A stretch of 60,472 nt of DNA, taken from positions 1-60,472 of the forward strand of contig JANMLN010000145.1 in the NCBI GenBank assembly GCA_031372565.1. Direction: 5' to 3'. A model generated the notes under the pieces. The model had not been told where the DNA came from, made no database searches, and saw nothing but the letters and a program-made list of their open reading frames with translations. Position numbers and translations under genes: made by a program. Position 1 is the first letter of the stretch. Each line of letters opens with the position of its first letter. This stretch comes from Gemmatimonadota bacterium (GTDB taxonomy: Bacteria; Gemmatimonadota; Gemmatimonadetes; Gemmatimonadales; Gemmatimonadaceae). Shown here one piece after another: positions 27,851 to 36,286 of this stretch.

Positions 27851-28966
27851 ATGAACCCCTTCTTCCCTCGCGCGTCGCTCATCGCGCTCGTCGCCACGCT
27901 CGTGCTCACCGGATGCGAGCAGTCACGAGCGGCTGACGCTCCACCGCCTGTGCCCGCCGCCACCAACCTCCGCCCGGACCAGTGGACCATCGTCCGCACC
28001 GACACCCTGACGCCAACCGTCACAGTGACGGGCACGCTCGAAGCGCGCCGGCGCGCGGTGCTCCGTGTCGAGGCCACGGGGGCCGTCGCCACGCGCAACT
28101 ATCAGGTGGGTGATCCGGTCGCCGCCGGCGTCGTGTTGGCCACGCTGCGCCTGCCCACCGTCTCGGCCGCGCATGCGGCGGCACGCGCCCAAGCTGAGGC
28201 AGGACGCGCGGCCCTCGCGCAGGCAGAGACGGAAGCGGGTCGGACCGCGACCCTGCTCGCGGCGGGCGGTGCAAGCCGGAGCGAAGCGGATGAGGCGCGG
28301 AGCCGGGTGCAGGCGGCCCGTGCCGCGGTCGCGGCCGCCGAGGCGACCCTGGCCACGGCCAGCGCCGACGAAGCGCGCGCCGTCATCCGCGCACCGTTCG
28401 CGGGGATCATCGCCGTCGCACCCGCGGCCGTCGGCACCATGCTGCAGCCCGGCGACGAGATCGCGACCATCGTGGACCCGCGGTCGCTCGAGGCGGATCT
28501 CCTCGTGCCGTTCAACGCGAGCGATCTCGCAGAGGTCGGTGCGCGCGTCACCGTCGCGCCGACGGCGTTTCCGCGCCGCACCATCGGTGGCCGCATCGCG
28601 CGACGGGCGCCATCGCTCGATCCAGCCACGCGGCAGTTGGCGGTGCGCGTGACGTTCGATGGCGCGGCGACCCGCCTCCCGGCCGGCGCCATCGTGCACG
28701 GCACGCTGCACGGCGCCACGCTGCGTGGCGCGCGCATTCCCGTGACCGCGCTTGATCCCGCCGAGATCGAGGCCGACGAGGTGCATCTCACCCGGCTGGT
28801 GAACGGCGTCACGACGCGCGTCATCGCGCACGTGCGCGCACGCGATCTCACGCGCGGCGTTGCCGTCGTCACGGGTGCGCTCGCCGATGGCGACACCCTC
28901 GTGCTCGGCGGTGCGCGGCGGTTGGCGCCGGGCACGCGCCTCACCCTGACCACCGGGAACCGCTGA
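27851..28966 (+). CDS. RND efflux periplasmic adaptor (MFP) lipoprotein
   Basis: Lipobox LTGC; GDPVAAG..LA, helical hairpin, IRAPFAGII, PSLDPATR. Confidence 0.92.
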   Translation: MNPFFPRASLIALVATLVLTGCEQSRAADAPPPVPAATNLRPDQWTIVRTDTLTPTVTVTGTLEARRRAVLRVEATGAVATRNYQVGDPVAAGVVLATLRLPTVSAAHAAARAQAEAGRAALAQAETEAGRTATLLAAGGASRSEADEARSRVQAARAAVAAAEATLATASADEARAVIRAPFAGIIAVAPAAVGTMLQPGDEIATIVDPRSLEADLLVPFNASDLAEVGARVTVAPTAFPRRTIGGRIARRAPSLDPATRQLAVRVTFDGAATRLPAGAIVHGTLHGATLRGARIPVTALDPAEIEADEVHLTRLVNGVTTRVIAHVRARDLTRGVAVVTGALADGDTLVLGGARRLAPGTRLTLTTGNR

Positions 28967-28968
28967 CC

Positions 28969-31900
28969 ATGTGGATCTCCGATCTCGCCATTCGCCGCCC
29001 GATCGTGGCCATCGTGGCGATGCTGATCCTCACGCTCGCCGGCATCTTCGCCGTCGCCTCGCTCGAGACCGACGAGTATCCCGACGTGCAGGCGCCGCTC
29101 GTGCTCGTGGTGGTGCCCTATCCCGGCGCCAACCCGCGTGACGTCGAGCGCGACGTGCTGCGCCCCGTGGAGGAGCGGCTCGGCGGCATGGCCGGCCTGC
29201 GCAAGTTGCACGGGACGGCCGGGGACGGCTATGCGTCGGTGCTGGCCGAGTTCACCTTCGCCACGCCGGTGGCGGAAGCGACGCAGATGGTGCGCGATGC
29301 GCTCGGAGCGGTGCGGCCCACGCTGCCGAGTGAGGTCCGGGAGCCCACCGTCGAGCGGTTCAGTGAGACCGACCTGCCGGTTCTCTCGATCGCCGTCCGG
29401 GCGCCGTCGCTCGACCCGCTCGCGCTGGGCGGCGCGGCGCGTCGCGTGGCCGCTGAGCTGCGCACGGTACCCGGCGTCGCGCAGGTGCGTGTCGTCGGCG
29501 ACCAGGTGCCCGAGTTGGCCGTGCACGTGCGCCCCGACGCGCTGCGCGCCGCCCGCGTCTCGCTGGCCGACGTGAGCAACGCACTCGTCGCGCAGAACGT
29601 CGCCGCGCCGATCGGTCGCCTGCAGGAGGCGCAGTCGGAGCGCGTTCTGCGCTTCGACGGCCGCCCGGAGGGCGTCGCGGCGTTCCGGTCGCTCGTCGTG
29701 CAGTCCAGCGGCGGACACCAGGTGCACCTCGGCGATGTCGCCTCGCTCGCCGTCGAGCCCGCCGAAGCTCGCTCCGCCGCCTCGATCAATGGCGAGGCGG
29801 CCATCACGCTCGACATCCGCAAGCGGCGCGGCGCGAGCGCGACGACGGTGGCCGCGCTGATTCGCGCTCGCCTCGACGCCCTCATGCCAACGGTCGGCGA
29901 TGGCGTGGCGCTGTCCATCGTGCAGGACGCCGGCGAACGCACCGCCCGCGCCGTCGGCGACGTGCAGAAGACGCTGATCGAGGGCGCCCTGCTCACGGTC
30001 CTCGTGGTCTACCTGTTCCTGAACAGCTGGCGCTCCACCGTCATCACGGGGCTGGCGCTGCCGGTCTCGGCCCTCGCGAGCTTCGTGGCGGTGTGGGCGT
30101 TCGGGTTCAAGCTCGAGACGATGTCGTTGCTCGGGCTCTCGCTCGCCATCGGCATCCTCGTGGACGACGCGATCGTGGTGCGCGAGAACATCATGCGTCA
30201 CGTGCACATGGGCAAGGATCACGTGACCGCCAGTCGCGAGGGCACGGCCGAGATCGGCCTCGCCGTTCTCGCCACCACGGCGGCGATCGTGGTCGTCTTC
30301 CTCCCCGTTGCGTTCATGGATGGACTGGCCGGTCAGTACTTCAAGCCCTTCGCGCTCACCGTCAGCGCGGCCGTGGTGGTATCGCTCTTCGTCAGCTTCA
30401 CGCTCGACCCGATGCTGTCGGCGTACTGGCCAGAGCCCAGGGAGTCGTCGGCGCGTCCCTCGCGTCTGCACCGCAGCATCGCGGCCTTCAACGCGTGGTT
30501 CGACGGCCTGGCCACGCGGTACCGTACCGTCATCACCTGGAGCCTCGCGCACCCGCGTACCATTCTGGGCGTCGCGCTGCTGTCGCTCGTGGGTGCGGCC
30601 GCGCTGCCGGCGTTCGGATGGGTCGGCGCCGAGTTCCTGCCGGAGGATGATCGCTCGGAACTGCTCATCACGGTGGAAAGCCCGCCCGGCGCATCACTCG
30701 CGTACACGCAATCGAAGAGCGAGACGCTCGCCGCACGCGTGCGCACCCTGCCTGAAGTGCGCCAGACGTACGTGACCGTGGGCAACGGCGAGGACGACGT
30801 CACGCGGGCCCTGCTGCAAGTGCAGCTACGCCCGCGCGCCGAACGCACGCGCTCCGCGCGCGAGCTGGCCGTGGCGATTCGTCGCGCCGGCGATTCGCTT
30901 CCGGGCGCGACCTATGCGTTCTCGGACGCAGGCATGAGCGGCGGCCAGAAGGCGATTCAGCTGCAGGTGCGCGGCACCGAGGCCGGCCCGTTGCTCGATG
31001 TCGCAGCCCGGCTGGCGGATCGCATCCGCGATGTGCCCGGGGCCGTGGACGTGGCGCTCTCGAGCCGCCCCGGCCAACCGGCGTTCGACGTGCGTCTCGA
31101 CCGCACCATGGCCGCGGCCGTCGGCCTCGCACCCGCGGAACTTGCGCTCGCGCTCCGCACCGCGTTTGCCGGCCTCGAAGCCGGTACGTGGACCGATGAC
31201 GAGGGGATGGGCCGGAAGGTGATGATCCGCCTCGACAGTGCCGACCGCCGCACGGGCGAATCGGTGGCGCGGGTGCCCCTCATGGTCAGCGACGGGCGCG
31301 GCGGCACGGCGGCGCTGGCGTTCGGCCAGGTGGCGCGGCTCGCACCTGCGTCCGCGCCCACGCGCATCGAGCACGCCGAGCGAATGGCCAGCGTGACGGT
31401 GTCGGCCAACGTCGCGGGACGTGCCCTCAGCGACGTCACCGCCGACATTGATGCGGCGCTCGCGACCGAGACGCTTCCGCCCGGCGTGGACCTGCGCTAC
31501 GCTGGAGACGTGGCTGATCAACGTGAGGTCTTCGGCAAGATCCTGTTGGCGCTCGCCGTCGCCGTCCTCGGCATGTATTTCGTGCTCGTGCTCCAGTTCA
31601 ACTCGTGGATCGAGCCGATGGCCATCCTGGCGTCGCTCCCCCTCGCCGCTGTCGGCGTCTGCGGGGCGCTCGCGCTCACCGGGCATACCATCAACATCAT
31701 GTCGCTCATCGGCGTCATCCTGCTCGCGGGCGTGGTGGCCAAGAACGCGATTCTCCTCGTCGAGTTTGCGCGGACACTGCGCGACGCGGGAACGCCGATC
31801 GCGACGGCACTGGCCGAAGCGGGCGCCATCCGCTTGCGTCCCATCGCCATGACCACGGTCGCCCTCGTGGCCGGCATGCTCCCGATTGCGCTCGGCCACG

Positions 31901-32094
31901 GCGAAGGCGCGCAGTTCCGCGCCCCGCTCGGCGTCGCGGTCATCGGCGGCACCATCACGTCCACGGCGCTCACGCTCGTGGTCGTGCCCGTCGTCTATCA
32001 GTGGCTCGACCGGCTTCGCGGCGGACGGACCGTGTCCGCGCACGCGAACGCGCCCGTTGCGATGACGGGCGACCTCCCGCACGCGGTGACCTGA
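28969..32094 (+). CDS. RND efflux permease (AcrB/MdtB-like)
   Basis: SDLAIRRP, YPGA.P.DVE, GILVDDAIVVRENI, GVVAKNAILLVEF, RLRPIAMTT; proton-relay residues intact. Confidence 0.97.
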   Translation: MWISDLAIRRPIVAIVAMLILTLAGIFAVASLETDEYPDVQAPLVLVVVPYPGANPRDVERDVLRPVEERLGGMAGLRKLHGTAGDGYASVLAEFTFATPVAEATQMVRDALGAVRPTLPSEVREPTVERFSETDLPVLSIAVRAPSLDPLALGGAARRVAAELRTVPGVAQVRVVGDQVPELAVHVRPDALRAARVSLADVSNALVAQNVAAPIGRLQEAQSERVLRFDGRPEGVAAFRSLVVQSSGGHQVHLGDVASLAVEPAEARSAASINGEAAITLDIRKRRGASATTVAALIRARLDALMPTVGDGVALSIVQDAGERTARAVGDVQKTLIEGALLTVLVVYLFLNSWRSTVITGLALPVSALASFVAVWAFGFKLETMSLLGLSLAIGILVDDAIVVRENIMRHVHMGKDHVTASREGTAEIGLAVLATTAAIVVVFLPVAFMDGLAGQYFKPFALTVSAAVVVSLFVSFTLDPMLSAYWPEPRESSARPSRLHRSIAAFNAWFDGLATRYRTVITWSLAHPRTILGVALLSLVGAAALPAFGWVGAEFLPEDDRSELLITVESPPGASLAYTQSKSETLAARVRTLPEVRQTYVTVGNGEDDVTRALLQVQLRPRAERTRSARELAVAIRRAGDSLPGATYAFSDAGMSGGQKAIQLQVRGTEAGPLLDVAARLADRIRDVPGAVDVALSSRPGQPAFDVRLDRTMAAAVGLAPAELALALRTAFAGLEAGTWTDDEGMGRKVMIRLDSADRRTGESVARVPLMVSDGRGGTAALAFGQVARLAPASAPTRIEHAERMASVTVSANVAGRALSDVTADIDAALATETLPPGVDLRYAGDVADQREVFGKILLALAVAVLGMYFVLVLQFNSWIEPMAILASLPLAAVGVCGALALTGHTINIMSLIGVILLAGVVAKNAILLVEFARTLRDAGTPIATALAEAGAIRLRPIAMTTVALVAGMLPIALGHGEGAQFRAPLGVAVIGGTITSTALTLVVVPVVYQWLDRLRGGRTVSAHANAPVAMTGDLPHAVT

Positions 32095-33257
32095 TGACGA
32101 GCGCACCGGTAGCGGAGCGCGTGCGGGCCGACACGCCCGTGGACGACGTGGATCCCGGTCCCGTGCTGCGGAGCCTCACGCTGCCGGAAGGCCTCGTGCT
32201 GCTCATGGTCCTCGTCTTCGCGGAGCTGCTCTCGCTCGGCTGGATCGCCTCAGCGCTGCGCGTCGAGGCGGGCGGCGGCACGTGGGAGCAGGTCTTCGTG
32301 TTGGCGGGCCTCGACCTGCTCGCCCTGCTGCCGGTTCCGCTGCTGGTCTTCGCGGCGCTGGACGCGTGGCCACTGGGCGGTGTCCTGCATCGTCGCCACG
32401 TGGCCGTGCGCGCGCTCGCCCTTCTCGGCATCGCCGCGGCCCAGAACTGGCTGAGCGGCGCGATCTACGGGCGCGCCTTCGAACGCATCGGGATCGTGCG
32501 AAGCTCCGCGCAGCTCTTCGGCAACGACTGGGTCGAGCAGTTCGTCTGGTCCTCGGCGATCGTCGGATGTGCGTCGTTGGCGTACCACGTGCTGCGCCAG
32601 CAGCGGCAGGCGCGCGCTCTCGCCCGACTCAACGCCCAGCTGCGCACCCTCGCGGTCGAGGCGCAGCTCTCGGCGCTCACGGCGGAGCTGCGACCGCACT
32701 TCCTGTTCAACACGCTCAATGGCCTCGCCGAGCTGGTGCATGTCGACGCCGCGCGTGCCGAGCAGATGCTCGTCCGCCTCGGCTCCCTGCTCCGCGCCAC
32801 GCTGGCCGCCGGCGAGACGCCAACCGTGCCGCTCGCGAACGAGTTGCGACACGTGGACGACTACCTCGCCCTCCAGCAGCTCCGTTTCGGCGATCGTCTC
32901 GCCATCCGTCGCGAAGTGGCACACGAGACGCTCGCGCAGCCCGTGCCCACCATGCTGCTGCAGCCGCTCGTGGAGAATGCGCTCGTGCACGGCGTCGAGG
33001 CGCGTGCGGGGGCGCGCGCGGTCATCGTGCGCGCGGAGCGCACGGGCGACGCGCTCGTGCTCTCGGTGCTGGACGATGGCCCGGGCCCGGGGCAGTCGCG
33101 CACCTCGCACGGCACCGGCATGGGGATGCGCAACGTGCGCGAGCGGCTCGCCGCCCTGCACGGCGCACGCGCGGGTGTGGAACTGCTGCCTGCGGATGGC
33201 GGTGGGGCGTGCGCGCGCGTGACGCTGCCGTGGTCGCACGCGGAGCCAGCCCGATGA
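32094..33257 (+). CDS. LytS/YehU-family sensor histidine kinase
   Basis: About 4 TM, L.A.L RPHFLFNTLN, RFGDRL, LLQPLVENA.VHG, DDGPG, GTGMG.RNVRERL; ATG overlaps the RND stop (TGATG). Confidence 0.95.
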   Translation: MTSAPVAERVRADTPVDDVDPGPVLRSLTLPEGLVLLMVLVFAELLSLGWIASALRVEAGGGTWEQVFVLAGLDLLALLPVPLLVFAALDAWPLGGVLHRRHVAVRALALLGIAAAQNWLSGAIYGRAFERIGIVRSSAQLFGNDWVEQFVWSSAIVGCASLAYHVLRQQRQARALARLNAQLRTLAVEAQLSALTAELRPHFLFNTLNGLAELVHVDAARAEQMLVRLGSLLRATLAAGETPTVPLANELRHVDDYLALQQLRFGDRLAIRREVAHETLAQPVPTMLLQPLVENALVHGVEARAGARAVIVRAERTGDALVLSVLDDGPGPGQSRTSHGTGMGMRNVRERLAALHGARAGVELLPADGGGACARVTLPWSHAEPAR

Positions 33258-34093
33258 CTGCGGCGACCGCCCTGCGAGCGCTCCTGGTGGACGACGAGCC
33301 GCTCGCGCGCCAGCGCATGCGCCGGCTGCTGGCCGCACACCCCGACGTGTCTATCGTCGGCGAGGCCGGAGACATTGACACCGCGACCCGGCTCGTGGCC
33401 GCCCTCGAGCCATCGGTGCTCTTCCTCGACGTGTCGATGCCCGGCGGCGATGGCTTTGTCCTGCTCGAGCAGCTCGACACCGACCCGCCGCCCTTCGTGA
33501 TCTTCGTGACGGCACATGCGGCCAACGCGGTCCGCGCCTTCGACGCGCGCGCCACCGACTTCCTCGTGAAGCCGGTGGCGGCCGAACGGCTGGCCGAATC
33601 GGTGTCACGTGCGCGCGACGCGGCGCGGATGCGCGCCGCTGCGGCGCCCGGTGCGTGGGAGCAGGAAATCCGCCGTGTGCTCGCCCGGCTTGGCGGCCAA
33701 TCGGATGCGCCCCCCGCCGATGCGTCCGTGCCCGCCCGCGGAGTCGCGCGCGACGGCGGCGCGCCAACGCCGCTCAGGCAGTTCACGGTCACGGTGGGGC
33801 GGCGTACCCGCTTCGTGTCCGCCGACGAGGTGGATTGGATCGAGGCCGATGGCAACTACGTGCGCGTGCACTGCGGACCGGAGACGCATCTGGTGCGCAT
33901 GACCATGCGGACGCTCGAGCCGGCCCTCGACCCCGATCGCTTCGTGCGCATCCACCGCTCGACGATCGTCCGGCGCGCCCATGTGCAGGAGGCCATCACG
34001 ATGGGACCCGGGATGCACCGCGTGCGCCTCCGCGACGGCACGATGCTCGAGGTCGCACGCCGCTACTGGGCCGCGCTGCGAGGCGCACGATAG
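33254..34093 (+). CDS. LytTR-family response regulator
   Basis: LVDDEPLAR, LFLDVSMP..DGF, FVTAH, DFLVKP; DWIEADGNYV, FVRIHRSTIV. Confidence 0.96.
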   Translation: MTAATALRALLVDDEPLARQRMRRLLAAHPDVSIVGEAGDIDTATRLVAALEPSVLFLDVSMPGGDGFVLLEQLDTDPPPFVIFVTAHAANAVRAFDARATDFLVKPVAAERLAESVSRARDAARMRAAAAPGAWEQEIRRVLARLGGQSDAPPADASVPARGVARDGGAPTPLRQFTVTVGRRTRFVSADEVDWIEADGNYVRVHCGPETHLVRMTMRTLEPALDPDRFVRIHRSTIVRRAHVQEAITMGPGMHRVRLRDGTMLEVARRYWAALRGAR

Positions 34094-34180
34094 GACCTGC
34101 GCTCGATCGTCGAGGGCATTGACGGCGCGGAGAAGGCGGAGGCGGCGCGCAGCTGCTGGCGAGGCCGCGCGATGATCACC

Positions 34181-34573
34181 TCAGTCGTGTGTCGACGCGC
34201 TCGATGCGGCTTCGCCCCTGGCAAGTCGGCGCGCGAACAAGCTCACGCCTGCCGCTCCGACGCCGACCAGCGCCGCACCCAGCCAGAGCGCCCGCTGCGC
34301 GTGTGAATCCATGGTCGCGAACAGTGGTTGTGCGGCGAGCAGCGCGACTGTGGCGAGGCCCCAGACGGCCACGGACCCCGCGGCCCACCGCGCGCGCGTC
34401 ACCAGGCCAACGGCCGCCGCCACCGCCGACGTGCCGATCACCAGCTGCAGCACACCGAAGAGCAGCGAGCCGGGTTCCGTCTGGCGGAGCTCACTCAGCG
34501 CTTGACGAAAGGCACTCGTGCTGAGGAGCAGGAGCGCGGCGGCGATGAGGTAGGCGCCAATCGATCGAAGCAC
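34181..34573 (-). CDS. Four-TM membrane protein, function unknown
   Basis: GTG start after GGAGG; four hydrophobic helices (C-terminal part of track ORF 34181..35710). Confidence 0.75.
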   Translation of the reverse strand: MLRSIGAYLIAAALLLLSTSAFRQALSELRQTEPGSLLFGVLQLVIGTSAVAAAVGLVTRARWAAGSVAVWGLATVALLAAQPLFATMDSHAQRALWLGAALVGVGAAGVSLFARRLARGEAASSASTHD

Positions 34574-34889
34574 GGCTAGCCTCCAACGGCGAGCATGGGC
34601 ATGGTATCCGTACGAGAAACGTCGCACGCGGTTTCGTGAAGCGCGTGGCGCCGATGGCATCGCGCGGCCGGCACAAGAAGGGCACCGTGCGCCGACTGCA
34701 AACGGTCGATCACGACTACAGAGCGCGCGAGTGCGGCCCGTGGCCGAGGAGGACTCCCATGCCACCCTCACCCTCCGATCGTGACGTGGCCTGGATCGGG
34801 GGGACGGTCGAGGCGGCGAGGAGCCCTCGTGGTCGGCCGATGGGCGTCCGCGCTTCTCTCGTCGGTGGCGGCGAACGCGGTCAGTCTGA

Positions 34890-34918
34890 TTGCGTTTGAA
34901 GATACTATACGCTAACCT
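34890..34918 (+). promoter_or_regulatory. Sigma70-type promoter for a probably leaderless mRNA
   Basis: TTGCGT (34890-34895), 17 nt, TAACCT (34913-34918), 6 nt, ATG 34925; no SD; AT-rich patch in GC-rich DNA. Confidence 0.7.
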
Positions 34919-34924
34919 ATCGGC

Positions 34925-36061
34925 ATGAACGAACGCCGCCTGTGGCTCGACCGGATTCACGCCGCGTGGACGCGCCGACCGATCTGCTGGCTGCAGGGGG
35001 TTCGTCGCGCCGGCAAGACGGTGCTGGCCCGTGCGATCGCGGATGCCGACTACTACGACTGCGAGCTGCCGAGCGTCCGACGCGACCTGCGTGACCCGGA
35101 GGCGTTTCTCGACGCGCATGCCGGACGCCGCATCGTGCTCGACGAGATTCATCGGCTCGACGATCCCTCCGAACTGCTCAAGATCGCTGCCGATCACCAT
35201 CCCGACATCCGGGTGCTCGCCACGGGCTCGTCGAGTCTGGGCGCGCGGGCCAAGTTTCGCGACACCTTGGCCGGGCGGAAGCACGAAGTGTGGCTCACGC
35301 CCATGACGCACGCCGATACCGTGGCGTTCGGCCGGCCGGGCCTCGAGCACCGGATGGCGCGTGGTGGACTGCCGCCGTTCTTCCTCGCGAAAGAGTCGCC
35401 GGAACGTGACTTTCAGGAGTGGCTGGACGCGTACTGGGCCAAGGATGTTCAGGAGCTGTTTCGGCTCGAGAAGCGCGGTCCGTTTGCGCGACTGTTCGAA
35501 CTCCTGCTCGTCGATAGCGGTGGCATCTTCGAAGCCACGCGATTCGCCCGCGCCTGCGAGATCAGTCGGCAAACCGTGATAAACTATCTCGAAGTCCTCG
35601 AGGCCACGTTCGTCATGCACGTGGTGCGGCCGTTCGCGTCCAACCCGTCGGCGGAGATCGTGGCGGCGCCGCGCGTGTATGGCTTCGACACGGGGTTCGT
35701 TGCGTATCATCGCGGCTGGTCGCCGCTAAGGCGCGATGACTACGGCCCGCTGTGGGAGCATCTCGTGCTGAACGAGATACACGCCGCCCGACAACAGCGC
35801 GACGTACAGTATTGGCGCACCAAGACGGGCCACGAGGTGGACTTCGTGATCGCCCCGCGTCGTGCGGCACCCATGGCGATTGAATGCAAATGGTCGCAGG
35901 ATGCGTTCGATCCGGCCGGGATGCTGGCCTTTCGGCGCAGCTATCCGCACGGGGAAAACGTGCTGGTGGCCGCGGACGTCAAGCGCGCGAGCCGCCGGCG
36001 GATCGGCGGGCTCGACGTCCGGGTGGTGGGGTTGGCGCAGGTGGCGGCGCACGTGGTCTAG
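34925..36061 (+). CDS. AAA_14 ATPase with DUF4143 / PD-(D/E)xK nuclease-like C-terminus
   Basis: Walker A GVRRAGKT, Walker B IVLDEIH, ATGSS, LAGRK, GG.P, YWRTK.G.EVDFVI...AIECKW. Confidence 0.92.
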   Translation: MNERRLWLDRIHAAWTRRPICWLQGVRRAGKTVLARAIADADYYDCELPSVRRDLRDPEAFLDAHAGRRIVLDEIHRLDDPSELLKIAADHHPDIRVLATGSSSLGARAKFRDTLAGRKHEVWLTPMTHADTVAFGRPGLEHRMARGGLPPFFLAKESPERDFQEWLDAYWAKDVQELFRLEKRGPFARLFELLLVDSGGIFEATRFARACEISRQTVINYLEVLEATFVMHVVRPFASNPSAEIVAAPRVYGFDTGFVAYHRGWSPLRRDDYGPLWEHLVLNEIHAARQQRDVQYWRTKTGHEVDFVIAPRRAAPMAIECKWSQDAFDPAGMLAFRRSYPHGENVLVAADVKRASRRRIGGLDVRVVGLAQVAAHVV

Positions 36062-36286
36062 GCGCGCTCGCAATCGGGTCGGTCGCGGCGCACCTGCGCT
36101 CGTAGTGGTCACCGGAGCGCAGCGATGGGCGGCTGCCCCCCTCACCCCGGCTGCCGCACCGCCTGCCGCGTGCCCTCCGTGCCCTGCACGACCTCGACAC
36201 GAACGTTGCGGGCTTGGGGACCGTACGAACGACGCAGCGACGCGGCTTCGGGTGCTCCGCGCGGCGTCGGTCGCCGCCACCCCGTC

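Noticed and set aside
34759..34899. Short ORF MPPSPSDRDVAWIGG after a strong GAGGAGG
   Set aside because: 46 codons with no recognisable motif; possibly a remnant but unsupported.
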